A DNA stretch of 64,000 nt from Pristiophorus japonicus. Lineage: Eukaryota. The position numbers and the translations under genes were made by a program. The stretch lies in contig NC_091982.1 in assembly GCF_044704955.1 (NCBI RefSeq), forward strand, positions 111,972,001-112,036,000, written 5' to 3'. Positions 37,385 to 49,564 of this stretch are shown piece after piece (position 1 is the stretch's first letter; every line of letters starts with the position of its first letter). The notes below the pieces were generated by a model, which was given only the letters and a program-made list of their open reading frames with translations, was not told the DNA's origin and did no database searches.

Positions 37385-38255
37385 GCATCTGGAAAAAGTA
37401 GTATGTCTTGGTGGGTTAGTGTCAGAGAACGGGAATTATGAAGATGACATAAAAACAAGGAATGGACCAGTTTATGCTGCTTTTGGAAGATTAAGCAGGT
37501 TCTCGAAGGCTAACGATATTGGGGCCAAAATTGCCCCGTGTGGATTTGCAGCACATAATTTTAATTAGTACTTCGCTTATCGCCAGCGCGGGAAACGTCG
37601 GGGCCGGCGTGGATTTGTCCTCTTTTAGAAAAAAGTGGCGGGGGCGGTAACCCTGTGTTCTTACGACGCTTCTGGGAGGCAATTTCCCTCGCGGGGGTGA
37701 TAAGGGGCCGCGCGCGTGGCGATGACGATATCGCTGGGGCGCATCCCAAACCCCTTTTCACCCGCCGCCCTGGGGACAATTCTGGGGGGAGCGCATCTGT
37801 GCGCTGCGCTCGGGCGAAAACCCTTTAGCGCCCCGTTAGCACAGGCTGGCACCGCTAACAGGCTTTGCTCAAAGGGGAAATTTCAGCCCCATTTAGTTTA
37901 TGAAGCATTGGTTATCCTCATATTATTATGGATCTGAGCGTTGGAAACATGAAAAAGGTTGAAGAACAAAACATACTAATGGCAGAGATGAGTTGGTTGA
38001 GAGGAACATTGGAAGTATTCCAGGCTGCAAAGAATCAAGAATGGGCTTGGATGGGAAACAGCGATGGTTTGGGCACATTTCAGGAATGGAAACAGCTCGA
38101 ATATCTTTCATGGCCCTGCATAAAGAGGTACATGGAACAAGAAGCTGAGGAAAACCAAAGAAGTGTTAGAGGAAATGTGTAGAGTGACTAGTCACAGGAA
38201 GGGACACAGATGACTGAAGCGGCCAGCTAGCTGAGAACCAATAACAGCGGAGTGA
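37385..38255 (+). mobile_element. Old RTE-like RT 3' fragment, split by a MITE
   Basis: CLGGLVSENGNYEDDIKTR..AAFGRLS, resuming VYEALVILILL..EQNILMAEMSWLR. Confidence 0.6.
37521..37890. mobile_element. Harbinger-type MITE
   Basis: TIRs GGGGCCAAAATTGCCCC / GGGGAAATTTCAGCCCC; perfect 3-bp TSD ATT; CpG-rich. Confidence 0.8.
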
Positions 38256-39966
38256 ATTCATTAGGCCTCATCGTTGCTGCAGAGCTGACTGACTGGAGTT
38301 TAGTAGCAGTAGAAGTAAAATGCAGGTCTAATTGCTGTAAATAAGTACATTCTGAGGTTAATTTAGAAGGAATTGTTTTTCTCCAGATTAGCATCAGTAA
38401 AATACCAGTGCCTTTCCTTTTTATCATGTGATGCGGCTCACAGTAGATCAGAGGTGTTGCTGCTTAATAACGGCAGGAACATTATACCATCGAGCGCAAT
38501 GTATTACTCTGCTGCTAAAGTCTATTTTAAGGCTACCAGGTGTAATTGGTCTGAATTCTTGAAATGAATGGTGGGGTCAGTTACACATGAGAAAAAGATC
38601 TACTATGGTATTAAGTAAACACAGATCCCTAGCAGTTTAACTGTTTGGTGGAGGGAACTGTTGAGATAGTGCTGGACAGATTCAGGCTGGAGATGAGAGG
38701 GACACAGCACCTTAGGTTAGATGCTGGATTAATTAACATTGTTCAAGACTGTGGTCAACAGATTTTTATTAGGTAGAAGTTACTAAGGGATATGGAGCAA
38801 AAGTGGGAACCGGAGGTAAGGTACAGATCTAATTGAATGGCTGAACAGACTTGAAGGGCTGAATGGCCTACTCCTGTTCCTGTGTTCCTTCTGCTTGTGT
38901 AACAGCGTGAAATATCTGGAGCGTAACACACCATTTTACAGTGTAGGCGGAGGGAGCAGTTAGGATTTGAACTTTTTGTTGTGTGTGGTGATTTTCCTGT
39001 AGCTCAAGCTCGGCTGGAATCTTTTTGCATCAGGTTGGGAATAGCATGCGGCGGTTTCGTGGATCAGACGCACTGCCCACTTGTTTGCCGGTTTGCGCCA
39101 AACAAGTCAGCAAACCATTAGCAAGAAATAGCTGCATCTTTTGGTTTGCTCCAATGTTTGATAGTTACACGGATATTTTCATTTCCACAACTGTCTGCCC
39201 TCAAATCGGAGGAAAGTTCCTTAAGATTTCAGGGAGCAACACATTTAACCCCAAACACGCAGCACTAAGCAAAAAAAAAGCTCCAATAATAGCATAAAAT
39301 ACTTGACGCTGCTGCAAACATCTGAACACCAGCACTGAATCAGTCCTGAGAGCTTTCAGAGAACCTACAGCCTACACACTGTACCTTAATCTCTGATACA
39401 ATCACCAGTTTCCTATTTAGAAATGATTACTATTGCTTCTTATTTCTATCAGTTTCCAACCAGAATAAGTAGCTCCTAGCTTACAGATTTTTGTGTGGGT
39501 TCTGAACTGTAACATTTTGTTGAGATAAATGTAGCTAATCCCATATCGTGCAGGTTCATAATTGGCCACGATCATTGTCCAAATGCTTAAGTGAAAGCTA
39601 CAAAAGCCAAGGTTCGTCCTTATGGGAAAATGTCGCAGGAAAAGCCATTCGGAGTCTTTGCTTAGCAGGGAGAGAATACATAAAACACACAATTTCAGGA
39701 AAGTAAGAAACTGAGTTTTTTTTAAACCTAATCGTTCAAGCACTACCTCTGCTGGTCGTTGAAATCCTTTTCGCTACCAAGCAATGAGCCGGAGATTGTT
39801 GGAAAATGAATGACGCATTAAACATCCCTCGCAACCTGATGCGCCATTGCAGCGAGTTCTGACCCTATAACATCTTCAACGCTCGCTGGTGTCCTGCTGC
39901 GAGACAGGGCAGTGGCAAGGACATACCCCGGACCGCTCCTCTGAAGTGTTTGAACCTGGCGGGGAT

Positions 39967-40115
39967 CTTAACCGATAAGGGAATAAGGGGTTATGGGGGG
40001 CGAGCAGGGAAGTGGAACTGAGTCCATGATCAGATCAGCCATAATCGTATTGAATGGCGGAGCAAGCTCGAGGGGCCATATAGCCTACTCCTGCTCCTAT
40101 TTCTTATGTCCTTAT
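39967..40115 (+). mobile_element. CR1 3' fragment, antisense in the P2RY10 3' UTR and abutting the stop codon
   Basis: GATAAGGGAATAAGGGGTTATGGGG...CCTATTTCTTATGTCCTTAT; GAT at 39964-39966 and 40116-40118. Confidence 0.85.
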
Positions 40116-40117
40116 GA

Positions 40118-41080
40118 TTACCGGCTCGTGGTGCTTTCCCTGCTCAAGTGCCGGCTCCGCACAAGGAAGCTTCCTGTCCGTGATAGCTGCTCTCTGAATT
40201 CGGAGGTGACAAAATAGTAGATGATCGGGTCCAAGCAAGCGTTCATGCTGGCTATGCACAGTGTGAATGAATGCAGGATCTGGATAGTCATCCGCACAGA
40301 GCAGTCCGTAATGATGTTCAGGCGTCTCAGCTGGTTCAGCGGGAAGAGTATGTGGTAGGGAGCAAAGCACACCAGGAACACGAGCGCACACATCAAGACC
40401 AGCTTCAGAGCCCGCCTTCCGCCTTGGTCGTTGTGCAGCGTACACTTCTGCTGCAATGACTGCATCGTTTTCCAGGTACAGGTGATGATGATGATGATGG
40501 GCCCCACAAAGCCCAGGAGCTCTGCCGCCGTCAGCATTAATACAGAGGATCCTAGGTTGACTTGCTTCATGGGTAGGTCAGCAAAACAGAGTGTGCTGTT
40601 GAAGGAGTCAGTGTTCCGCATGACGGGGAATGGCAGGCATATGACGATGACGACCACCCATCCAATAATGCTCAGGCACACATCGTACCTGCGTCTCCAG
40701 CTGTTGTATCTGAAGGGGTAGATGAGGAAAATACAGCGCTGGATGCTGATGCAGACTAAAAATAAGATGCTCGCGTACATGTTGACGAACTTTAGGTAGA
40801 AACAGAACAAGCACATGAATTTTCCAAACGGCCAGGTATGGGTTATATAGTAAAAGATCCTCAGCGGCAAGGACAACACGTGTGCCAAGTCAGCAAAGGC
40901 CAGGTTTATCATGAATATCACCGCCTTCTTCTCCCTTTTGATGTTCCCAAATAAAACCCACAAGGCCACGCTATTGCCGAAGAAGCCAGGAATGACGATT
41001 ATTCCGTAGACAATCGCGTACAGGCGCAGCTCGCCATCCCAGTGTTCCTCTGCGCACGGAACGGATGCATTGACTGACAT
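40118..41080 (-). CDS. P2RY10: P2Y purinoceptor 10-like class A GPCR (lysophosphatidylserine receptor), 320 aa
   Basis: Intact 7TM ORF. KAVIFMINLAFADLAHVLSLPLRIFYY, CFYLKFVNMYASI, CISIQRC (QRC in place of DRY), WRRRYDV, CLPFP, CFADL, CFAPYHI and LDPIIYYFVTSEFREQLSR closely match my recollection of mammalian P2RY10. Confidence 0.92.
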   Translation of the reverse strand: MSVNASVPCAEEHWDGELRLYAIVYGIIVIPGFFGNSVALWVLFGNIKREKKAVIFMINLAFADLAHVLSLPLRIFYYITHTWPFGKFMCLFCFYLKFVNMYASILFLVCISIQRCIFLIYPFRYNSWRRRYDVCLSIIGWVVVIVICLPFPVMRNTDSFNSTLCFADLPMKQVNLGSSVLMLTAAELLGFVGPIIIIITCTWKTMQSLQQKCTLHNDQGGRRALKLVLMCALVFLVCFAPYHILFPLNQLRRLNIITDCSVRMTIQILHSFTLCIASMNACLDPIIYYFVTSEFREQLSRTGSFLVRSRHLSRESTTSR

Positions 41081-41141
41081 TTTCCCCGAGCGTCAGGTTC
41101 TTTTTTTTTTGAGAGAAGTCTTTTACCAACTGCACGAGTTA

Positions 41142-41170
41142 CTGAAAAAAAAGAAAGTTTGGAGGGTAAT
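41142..41170 (-). promoter_or_regulatory. Splice acceptor of the P2RY10 coding exon
   Basis: Minus strand CTGATTACC..AAACTTTC(T)nCAG|TAACTC; AG at 41143-41142, 61 nt upstream of the ATG. Confidence 0.7.
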
Positions 41171-41854
41171 CAGTTTTTTTCTGATAAACAGCAATTATAT
41201 ATTATTACTACTACCAAATTACCATCCGCCATCTCAGCCACAACGCTGGGGACCAATTAATTCACATATGATATATGGCACAGAAACAGGCCATTCGGCC
41301 CAACCAGTCCATGCTCCACTCGAGCCTCCTCCCATCTTTCTTCAACTAACTCTATAAGCCTAACCCTCTATTCCCTTCTCCCTCACATGTTTATCTAGCC
41401 TCCCCTTAAATGCATCAATTCACCCCGCTGTTGCCAGTTCTCAACTAGCCTGGTCACTTCGGTCATCTCTGTCCCTTTCTGTGACGAGTTACTCTGAACA
41501 TTATCTATCCAGTGCTATCTTGGTCTTCCTTGGCTTCCTGTTCCACGTACCTCTGTTCGCAGGGCCATGAAAGGTGTTTTCATTCTTGAGATGTGCCCAA
41601 ACCATCACACTTCCATTTATAGCGCACAACAAAATCTCCAAAAAGGCCGTGTCATGAGGGGAGCAGCAAATGTCGTGCAGGAAGTAGGAGAGAAGTTTGC
41701 TCTGGGAGAACGAAGTAGGGGTGGAAAAGGCTTTTGAAGGTGAGAGAGCGAGAAGTAGCATGGCCAAGAGATTTAGGAAGAGAGTTCCAGAGGGCTGGGA
41801 CACAGAGGTTGAAGGCGATCGAGAGTGATACAAAACGTGCAATGAATCAACATT

Positions 41855-42740
41855 AACAACTTGCATTTATATAGCACCTTTAACGCAGTAAAAGTCCCAA
41901 GGCGTGTCACAGGACTGTAATCAACAAAACTTGACACCCAGCTAAAGAACAGCAAGAACCTGTATTTATATAGTGATGTAATGTAGTGAAGGTGCTTCAT
42001 GGAGTATTATGAGACAAAAGATTTGACACCAAGCCACATAAGGAGAAATTAGGCAGGTTGTCCAAAAGCTTAGTCAAAGAGGTATGTTTTAAGGAGCGTC
42101 TTGAAGGAGGAAAGCGAGGTAGAGAGGCAGAGAGGTGTAGAATCATAGAGTCATAGATTCTAGGCAGGGAATTCGACCAAGGCAAGAGAAGGTACGGCCA
42201 CCAATGGTTGAGCGATTATAATCAGGGATGCTCAGGAGGGCAGAATTAGAGGAGCGCTGGCATCTCGAGGGGTTGCGATGCCATGGAGAGATTTGAAAAT
42301 ATGGATGAGAATTTTGAAATTGAGGCGTTGCTTAACCAGGAGCCAATGTAGTGCCTTTAATGTAGTGAAGGTGCTTCATGGAGTATGGGAGTACAGAGGT
42401 GATGGGTGAGTGGGGCTTGGTGCGAGTTAGGACACGGGCAGCCGAGTTTTGGATCATCTCTACTTTACGTAGTGTAGAAACTTGGAGGCCAGCCAGGAGT
42501 GTGTTGGAATAGTCAAGTCTAGAGGTAACAAATCCATGGATGAGGGCTTCAGCAGTGGATATTAGGTCAGGTGACTAACGGTTGGTCAAAGAGGTAGGTT
42601 TAAAGCAGCGTCTGAAAGGAGGACAGAGATGGTTAAGAACCGACCATCTCACATCAGTCAAGAGGAGATGCGAGATAGGATGTGGAGTGAGAAAAGATTG
42701 CAAAGGGAGGGAGGGGGGAATACAGCCATGGAGGGATATG
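41855..42740 (-). mobile_element. L2-like LINE 3' fragments (rearranged)
   Basis: Tail AACAACTTGCATTTATATAGCACCTTTAAC; body homologous to the other L2-like copies; short internal duplication at ~42358-42386. Confidence 0.65.
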
Positions 42741-42906
42741 AAGATGAAGGTAAGGATTTCAAGCTGATATACCAGGAGACATGGAGGTTGGTGATGACTG
42801 TATGGGGCTTTATCAGGATAGATATAGGCAATGAATTTCAGGATGGGTTAGAGTTTGTGTAGAGCAGAGATGAGGAGCACAATAAGCAATCGTGCCTTGA
42901 AGTAAT

Positions 42907-43190
42907 GAAAGAAAGAAAGACTTGCATTTATATAGTGCCTTTCACGACATCCGGACGTTCCAAAGCACTTTACAGTCAATGAAGTACTTTGTGAAATGTA
43001 GTCATTGTTGTAATGTAGGAAAGACGGAAGGCAATTTATGCACAGCAAGCTCCCAAAAACAGCAATGTGATAATGACTAGATAATCTGTATTTTAGTGAT
43101 GTTGATTGAGGGATAAATATTGGCCAGGACACTGGGGATAACTCTCCTGTTCTTCGAAATAATACCATGGGATCTTTTACGTCGGCCTGA
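42907..43190 (-). mobile_element. Deu-domain SINE 3' two-thirds
   Basis: Reverse complement of 32545-32815, including CCATGGGATCTTTTAC. Confidence 0.8.
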
Positions 43191-43549
43191 AACTCACCCC
43201 GCAGTTAAACTATAAATGGGGATGGTGCACCTGTGAATTCAGCCTGAGTGAGCAGCCAGAGAAGGAGATAAAGTCGATGCCTTGGTGTGATGTTCCTGGT
43301 GGAAACTGAACTGGATGTCGAGCTAGAGAAAGTTCTGGTTTGCCCAGGACTCGATGTTAGACAGGGAGTCAGACAGCGTGACAGTTGTAATGGAATGGAG
43401 AGTGGAGGTACTGAGGAAGAAAATCTCTGGGACTTCCCATTGATGGAAAGGCAGCTTACATCAGTTTAGTGCTTTATTTCATACAAATCCTGCATTGAAC
43501 TGCTGGAATTGAATTATTAAACACTGTTTATATCCTATAGCTAGTTATT

Positions 43550-44270
43550 AGTTTTATGAAGACAAGACAAATCGAGTTGGATTTAATAACAACTTGTATT
43601 TAATTATTACCCTGCAAATAAATGGCAATTTGATATGGTTAGCATAAGTAAACTCATAGTGCGATGATTAGCGGATGAGCTAATGCACAGGACAATTGAG
43701 TATCCTAGGAAATGTTTTGAGATACATAGGAAATTGGCTGAAAGAGAGACATCAGCGGGTTCTGATTGGAGGAATGATGATTAGGCTGGGAAGATGAGGT
43801 GAATGGAGTGTCCCAGAGATCCGTACTACAGCCACTGATCTCCATAAATCAACTGGATTTAGAAACACAATGTAAGTTGGTGACGATATTAAACTCAGGG
43901 AGCAGTAGAGTCTGATAAAGCAACCCTGAGAATTACAGAAGCATCCAGACAAAATTTGCAAGTGAGCAGAACGATGGTAGAAGAAGTTCAATGCAGATAA
44001 TTGCAAAGCTTTATAAATAGGAAGGGAAAAACTGGGGGCATACTTATTGAATAGCATTAAATTAAGTAGTGCAGAGGCTGAAAGAGATCTGAGAGTGATA
44101 GCAAACCATGCTGGGTCACTGCGGAGCAGCAGTTAGCAAAGCAAATAGGATGTTGAACAGTATTGCCAAACTGAAAGAGCTCAATCTGAGGGCACCGTGC
44201 ACTTATCAGACCACAGCTCAAATACTGCATGTAGTTCCAGTCACGAAGGCCCAAGTGACAGACACAAGCC
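43550..44270 (+). mobile_element. Old CR1 RT fragment
   Basis: Degraded segments including HCGAAVSKANRML. Confidence 0.5.
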
Positions 44271-44653
44271 CTCAAAGCTCGATGAACCTCCTCAACTGTA
44301 CGTATCTCTGTGAAACGCTTCCATCGTCTCTTTGCCAGCAGTCACAGTTATGTTTTTTTCTATTAATTCAGCAAAACAAGTTTCAAAATGAATATTTCCA
44401 CGAAGAGAATATCTACCTGATAATGACACCATATTCACTAGTGTCCCCCACTTTTCACATTAAGACACAGACAATCCTTCCACTTACTCACCAGTAACAA
44501 CTTACTTTTAACAAAATCCAACTGAACAACCCTCCTGGCCTGGTATTTATATTTTACCTATATATTTCAGTCAGTAGCAGTGAGCTTGTATACTCTAACG
44601 ATAAAACAATCTGGAGTAGAAACTGTTATGCGTTGTACCCATTTTCCATGAGC

Positions 44654-44710
44654 AGTGTGTGTTTGTGTTGGCTGTGTGTGTGTGTGTGTGGGCAGTGTGT
44701 GTGGGTGTCT

Positions 44711-44742
<32 letters not shown>
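44654..44742 (+). repeat. (TG)n microsatellite
   Basis: Imperfect TG dinucleotide run. Confidence 0.95.
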
Positions 44743-44743
<1 letters not shown>

Positions 44744-45074
44744 GGCCCATGCGAGGTGTGAGTTCGGGGCCAGAAAAGGCGAGGGCCCAGGGGCACTGTA
44801 ATATGTGTGTACACTAGGTCCGTGCAGAAGAGCTGGTCGTCTTGGGTAATCCTTGCCACTGGACCAAGGCCTAGCTCTGTCAAGCCCATGTGGTGGCTGG
44901 TGTGCAATGATCACCACACGTTAAAAAAATCCACGCAAAGGCATCTTCCACCCCTCAAGATATAGTTCGGGACCTAGAATATTAGGTCCTTCATTGAAAC
45001 ACGTATGAACTCATCCCTTTGTGGCGTGGAAGCCAGTCATCCTTGATTCGAGGGACTGCCTATGATGATGATGA
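44743..45074 (+). mobile_element. Non-autonomous RTE derivative
   Basis: Homologous to 36397-36745; ends GATTCGAGGGACTGCCTATGATGATGATG. Confidence 0.75.
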
Positions 45075-46354
45075 TTCCATGTGTAAAATGGACGTATAGA
45101 ATACCACTTTAGCTGTGGGTCAACCAGCGGTCAAACTGTGCAGGCATTGGTCATTCTGCTAAATCCAAGGGCACCATTTTTAGGGGCCCAACACTTGTTG
45201 AAGGAGCCCTGTGTAAAATTTGTTCCCAATGAGCATGGGCCTGCTTGGATTCTACAGCCCCGCCCCTCCTCCCCCCAGCAGCTAGAGATTCCCCCATCCC
45301 CGACTCCACAGTCCTGGCCCACCCTCCAATTGCTCGAGCCAAACCCCCTTCCGAGAACTTACTTGAGGTCTGTTGCCAAGGGTCCAAAATTCATTCTCAC
45401 AGGGCGAGCTGCGTGTGAAGCTTGGTCCGCAGATGCGGATGAGGTCCAAGGCCCAATTTCAGGCCAGTCTCGGGCCTCCCTGTTTGGGCCTGAAAACGAG
45501 GCCCAGACTAATTTCTATCCCTCTGAGTATTTCCCAGCAAATGGCTGTCTCTGTAAGTGGAAATCATTTACCTTCTTTTTGCTACATGCATGAAAATATA
45601 ACATTGAATTTGTGGATAAACTCACAGATTTGAGAAACAGAAAAAGATCAGAGTTTGTTATTTCTTCTTTATTTTTTAAAGAAAATCCCCTTTGTTTTTT
45701 TTATATAGAAATACCAAGGCTGAGGCTGTGGTGAAAACCTTAGCCGGCAAATCTGGACCAGGTTAGACTTTGTTGGTTCATTTGTGCAAGATGTACAAAC
45801 GAGTCTGCCTGGTTTTGGCTCCCAGTTGCCTGAATTGTAACTAAAACATTATGCTGTTCTGGTCTGAAGTAGCATTCCCACAGAAATAAAAATGCTAAAA
45901 AGCGAAGGACTGACCACATCTTTTGGGTATTTCAGCACATGGGCCCTCGAGAGGAAAAATAGAAAGGGGATTTTTCTGGTGGAAAAGCGTATTGGCCCAG
46001 AGATTATACCATTGAATCCGAGCACAGAACTGTTTATCTCAGTCACCTGAAATTACTGTCTATTGCTATTTTGGGGGCAGCTTTAGTGCATTAAATTTAA
46101 ATAGCTTAATGGCCTTGCTAAGACAGTGGAGAGAGGGACTTGAACGCAATGTGCTACGCAGTTCTCTGACTGTATTTTCCGTGTCTCTCTCTGTATCTAT
46201 CTGACTGTCATTGTGTCCAATTGCCTGTCTCTATGTCTACCTGTCTATCTCGCTCTCGTTCTATTTACTCTCTACTTTTTTTAACTCTATTTTATATTTC
46301 TGTCTCTCTATTCTCTTTCGCTCTATTTTGGTATTTTCTCTGTCTAAATTTTCT

Positions 46355-47990
46355 GGACGGAATTTCCCTTACTGAGTCAGGTCGGGTGCGTGCGGGCTGT
46401 GTAGCAGGTCGTTACAGTGATGTATCGATCAGCCCATTTCTCAGAGCGGCTTTAGTGTAATGGCCCCTATTAAGGCAGACATGTGCATTTCCCGGCCCTA
46501 TTAGTTGGTGCGCGTCTGATGATGTCTAATTTCCAGCGATGACATCGGATTTAACGGTTCATGCAGGAGTGTGGAGGGAGGATTGGAGAGGAATGTCTTG
46601 TGGAGAAATAGAAACATGACTTCCCAAAGTCCGAGGGCTGCACCCAGGTTTTCAGAAGACTCCCTACATATTCTTGTGGAGAGAGTCAGAGCATGCAGGG
46701 AGGTCCCAGGGCAGAAGAGACCTCCCCAAGAGACAAAAAGAGCCTGGCTCCAAATTGCAGAGGAGGTGAAGAGCAGGGATGTGGTGAGGCGGACCTGGGT
46801 GCAGTGCAGGAAGATCTTCAATGATCTGATGAGATCAGGAAAGGTGAGTGCAAAGCCACACTCACCCTCATCCTGCTGTGCCTCTCATCACATCCCCATC
46901 ACTCTGCCTTCCAAAGCCTGCTCCTGTACATCCTTACTCACACCAACCTACCTTGCAATTCCACCCATCCCTCTCTCTCTACGTCCATACTCACACCCCC
47001 ATCTAACTAACCACCCCTCACACTCACCCTCATCCGAATGCAATCATACCAACTAACACCACAGGAAGAGACCATTTGGCATTGGCACCACACTCCCTCA
47101 CAGTCACCCTCCACAAATGTAACCCACACATTCCTTATGCTCATGCTACTACTCTCACTCAAATTTGTCTTCTTTCCCTCCTTGCAGAAGAGAGCGCACA
47201 GCAGCAGGGAATGGGAGTGAACCAGGGGTGTCCTGCCATTCTTCAGTACTATAACTGCAGCAGAGGAGGAGGCCCTGGAGGTGTCAGGGGCTGTGGAGCA
47301 GCTGGCAGTGGAAGAGGGAGCGAGGGGGACATCTCAGCAACCAGATGACAGAATTACATCTCATACAGCCACAGGACATACAGCAGTCACTCATAGGGGC
47401 ACTGACATCAGCAGCCAGTGAATGTTCATCATGTGCATAATGGTATAATTAACCATTCTTAACAGAACATTTCAAAATCATTTCTTTACTTTCCCATGGG
47501 TTCATCAAGAACCCCCCCACCACTCCCCCTCTCCCACTGTCCAGCTGGAGAAGGAAGACGACTCCTCAGAGGAGCCTCCAGCCTCTGAGGGTGCAGCGTC
47601 GGCAGACCCAAGCATGGTGGGTCCTGTGAGAGAGAGAATAATGCTGTCACCTGGTGTCTCACACTTCACAAGTGAACAAGAACAGATGATGTTGACAGGG
47701 ACAGCGGAGAGTGCAGAACGCTCCAAGCTCTGCTCAACTACATGCAGGATCACAATGAGCAAGTCTGCCCCTGCACAGTCTGAGGGAGCAGATTTTGGCG
47801 GGGCCATCAGAGGCTCCAAAACTCAGAGGACGTCCGCCAAAAATGTTTACGCTGTTGCAGCAGGGAAATGAGCAGCCTGCCTCTAGCTCTGCTGAAGCCA
47901 CAGGGGTTGCACCTCGTAGAAGCATGAGTAAGAGAAAGATGACACAGAAGTAGGTGCACACGGTAAGCACATAGGCGTTTAAAAAATGTT
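46355..47990 (+). mobile_element. Harbinger element fragment with spliced Myb/SANT-like DNA-binding gene (degenerate)
   Basis: RAAPRFSEDSLHILVERV..KRAWLQIAEEV..RRTWVQCRKIFNDL (46620-46843); donor AAG|GTGAGT at ~46843; acceptor TTTCCCTCCTTGCAG at ~47188. Confidence 0.7.
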
Positions 47991-48002
47991 ATTGTTGGGC
48001 TT

Positions 48003-49008
48003 CATAAGAACATAAGAAATAGAAGCAGGAGTAGGGTTTTGGCCCTCGCGCCTGCTCTGCTATTCAATAAGATCATGGCTGATCTTTGACCTCAACTCCA
48101 CTTTTCTGCACTATCCCCTTAATTCCCTTAATATCAAAAAATCTATCAATTTTCAAAGATTCACCACCTTCAAGGGTGATGAAATTTCTCCTCATCTCAG
48201 TCCTAAATGGCCAATCCCTTATTCTGAAGCTATGACCCCTGGTTCTATACACACCAGCCAGAGGAAACATCCTCCCTGCATCTATGACGACAAGCCCTGT
48301 AAGAATTTTGTATGTTTCAATGAAATCACCTCTCATTCTTCTAAACTGTAGAGAATATAGGCCTGGTCTGCTCAATCTCTCCTCATAGGACAATCCCCCC
48401 ATCCCAGGAATCAGTCTGGTGAACCTTCATTGCACTCCCTCAATAGCAAGTATATCCTTCCTTAGGTCAGGAGACCAAAACGGCACACAATACTCCAGGT
48501 GTGGTCTCACCAGGGCCCTGTATAATTGCAGTGAGACCGCTTTACTCTTATACTCAAATAATCTTGGAATAAAGACCAACATATCATTTGCTTTCTTAAT
48601 TGCTTGCTGTACCTGCATGTTAACTTTCAGTGATTTGTGTACCCAGGTCCCTTTGAACACCAACATTTCCCAATCTCTTACTATTTAAAAAATACTCTGC
48701 TTTTCTATTTTTTCTACCAAAATGGATAACCTCATATTTCTCCATATTATACTCAATTTGCCATGTTCTTGCCCACTCACTTAACCTGTCTATATCCCCT
48801 TGAAGCATCTTTGCATCCTCTTCACAACTTCCATTCTTCAGCAAACTTGGATATATTACATTTGGTCCCCTCATCCAAATCATTGATATAGATTGTGAAT
48901 AGCTGGGGCCCAAGCACCGATCCTCGTGGGCCCTCACTAGTTACAGCCTGCCAACTCGAAAATGACCCCTACTCTCGGTTTTCTGTCCGTTAACCAATCT
49001 TCAATCCG
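48003..49008 (-). mobile_element. CR1 RT/3' fragment
   Basis: VRPHLEYCVPFWSP; (CATAAGAA) tail. Confidence 0.9.
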
Positions 49009-49312
49009 TGATGAAGCAGCTGAAGATGGATGGGCCTAGGACACTGCCCTGAGGAACACCTGCAGCAATATCCTGGGGCTGAAATGATCTGGAGCACAAG
49101 TCTTCAGGACTACAGCTGGGGTGTTGACGGGACCCATAGCCTTTGTTGTATCCATTGCGCTCAGCTGTTTTTCGATATTACGGGGAGTGAATCTAATTGG
49201 TTGAAGACTGGCATCTGTGATGGTGGTGACCTCAGGAGGAGACTGAGATGGATCATCCACTCAGCACTTTTGGCTGAGGATGGTTGGAAACTCTTCAACC
49301 TTGTCTTTTGCT
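49009..49312 (-). mobile_element. Family B LINE internal fragments
   Basis: DDPSQSPPEVTTITDASLQPIRFTP..KAMGP; homologous to 10218-10267 and 13015-13230. Confidence 0.8.
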
Positions 49313-49564
49313 GGTTTCCCAGTCATAGGACGGAGTCTAGAATCTTGCCTGTTGCCTTTATTTGGTCCAACTCTAATGCATCAAGTGTCTTTGTAGCTAG
49401 GATCCCCAAACCTGCAGAATATTCCAATATTGGCCCTACATATATGTTACAAATTTTGGATATTCTCTCGGGTTCAGCATCACTGGTTCCCACCCCTCGG
49501 TAAGTGAACTTCATGTCCCCTATGATCAGGGGTTTATCACTATGGCCTCTTGTGAATCCTCAAT

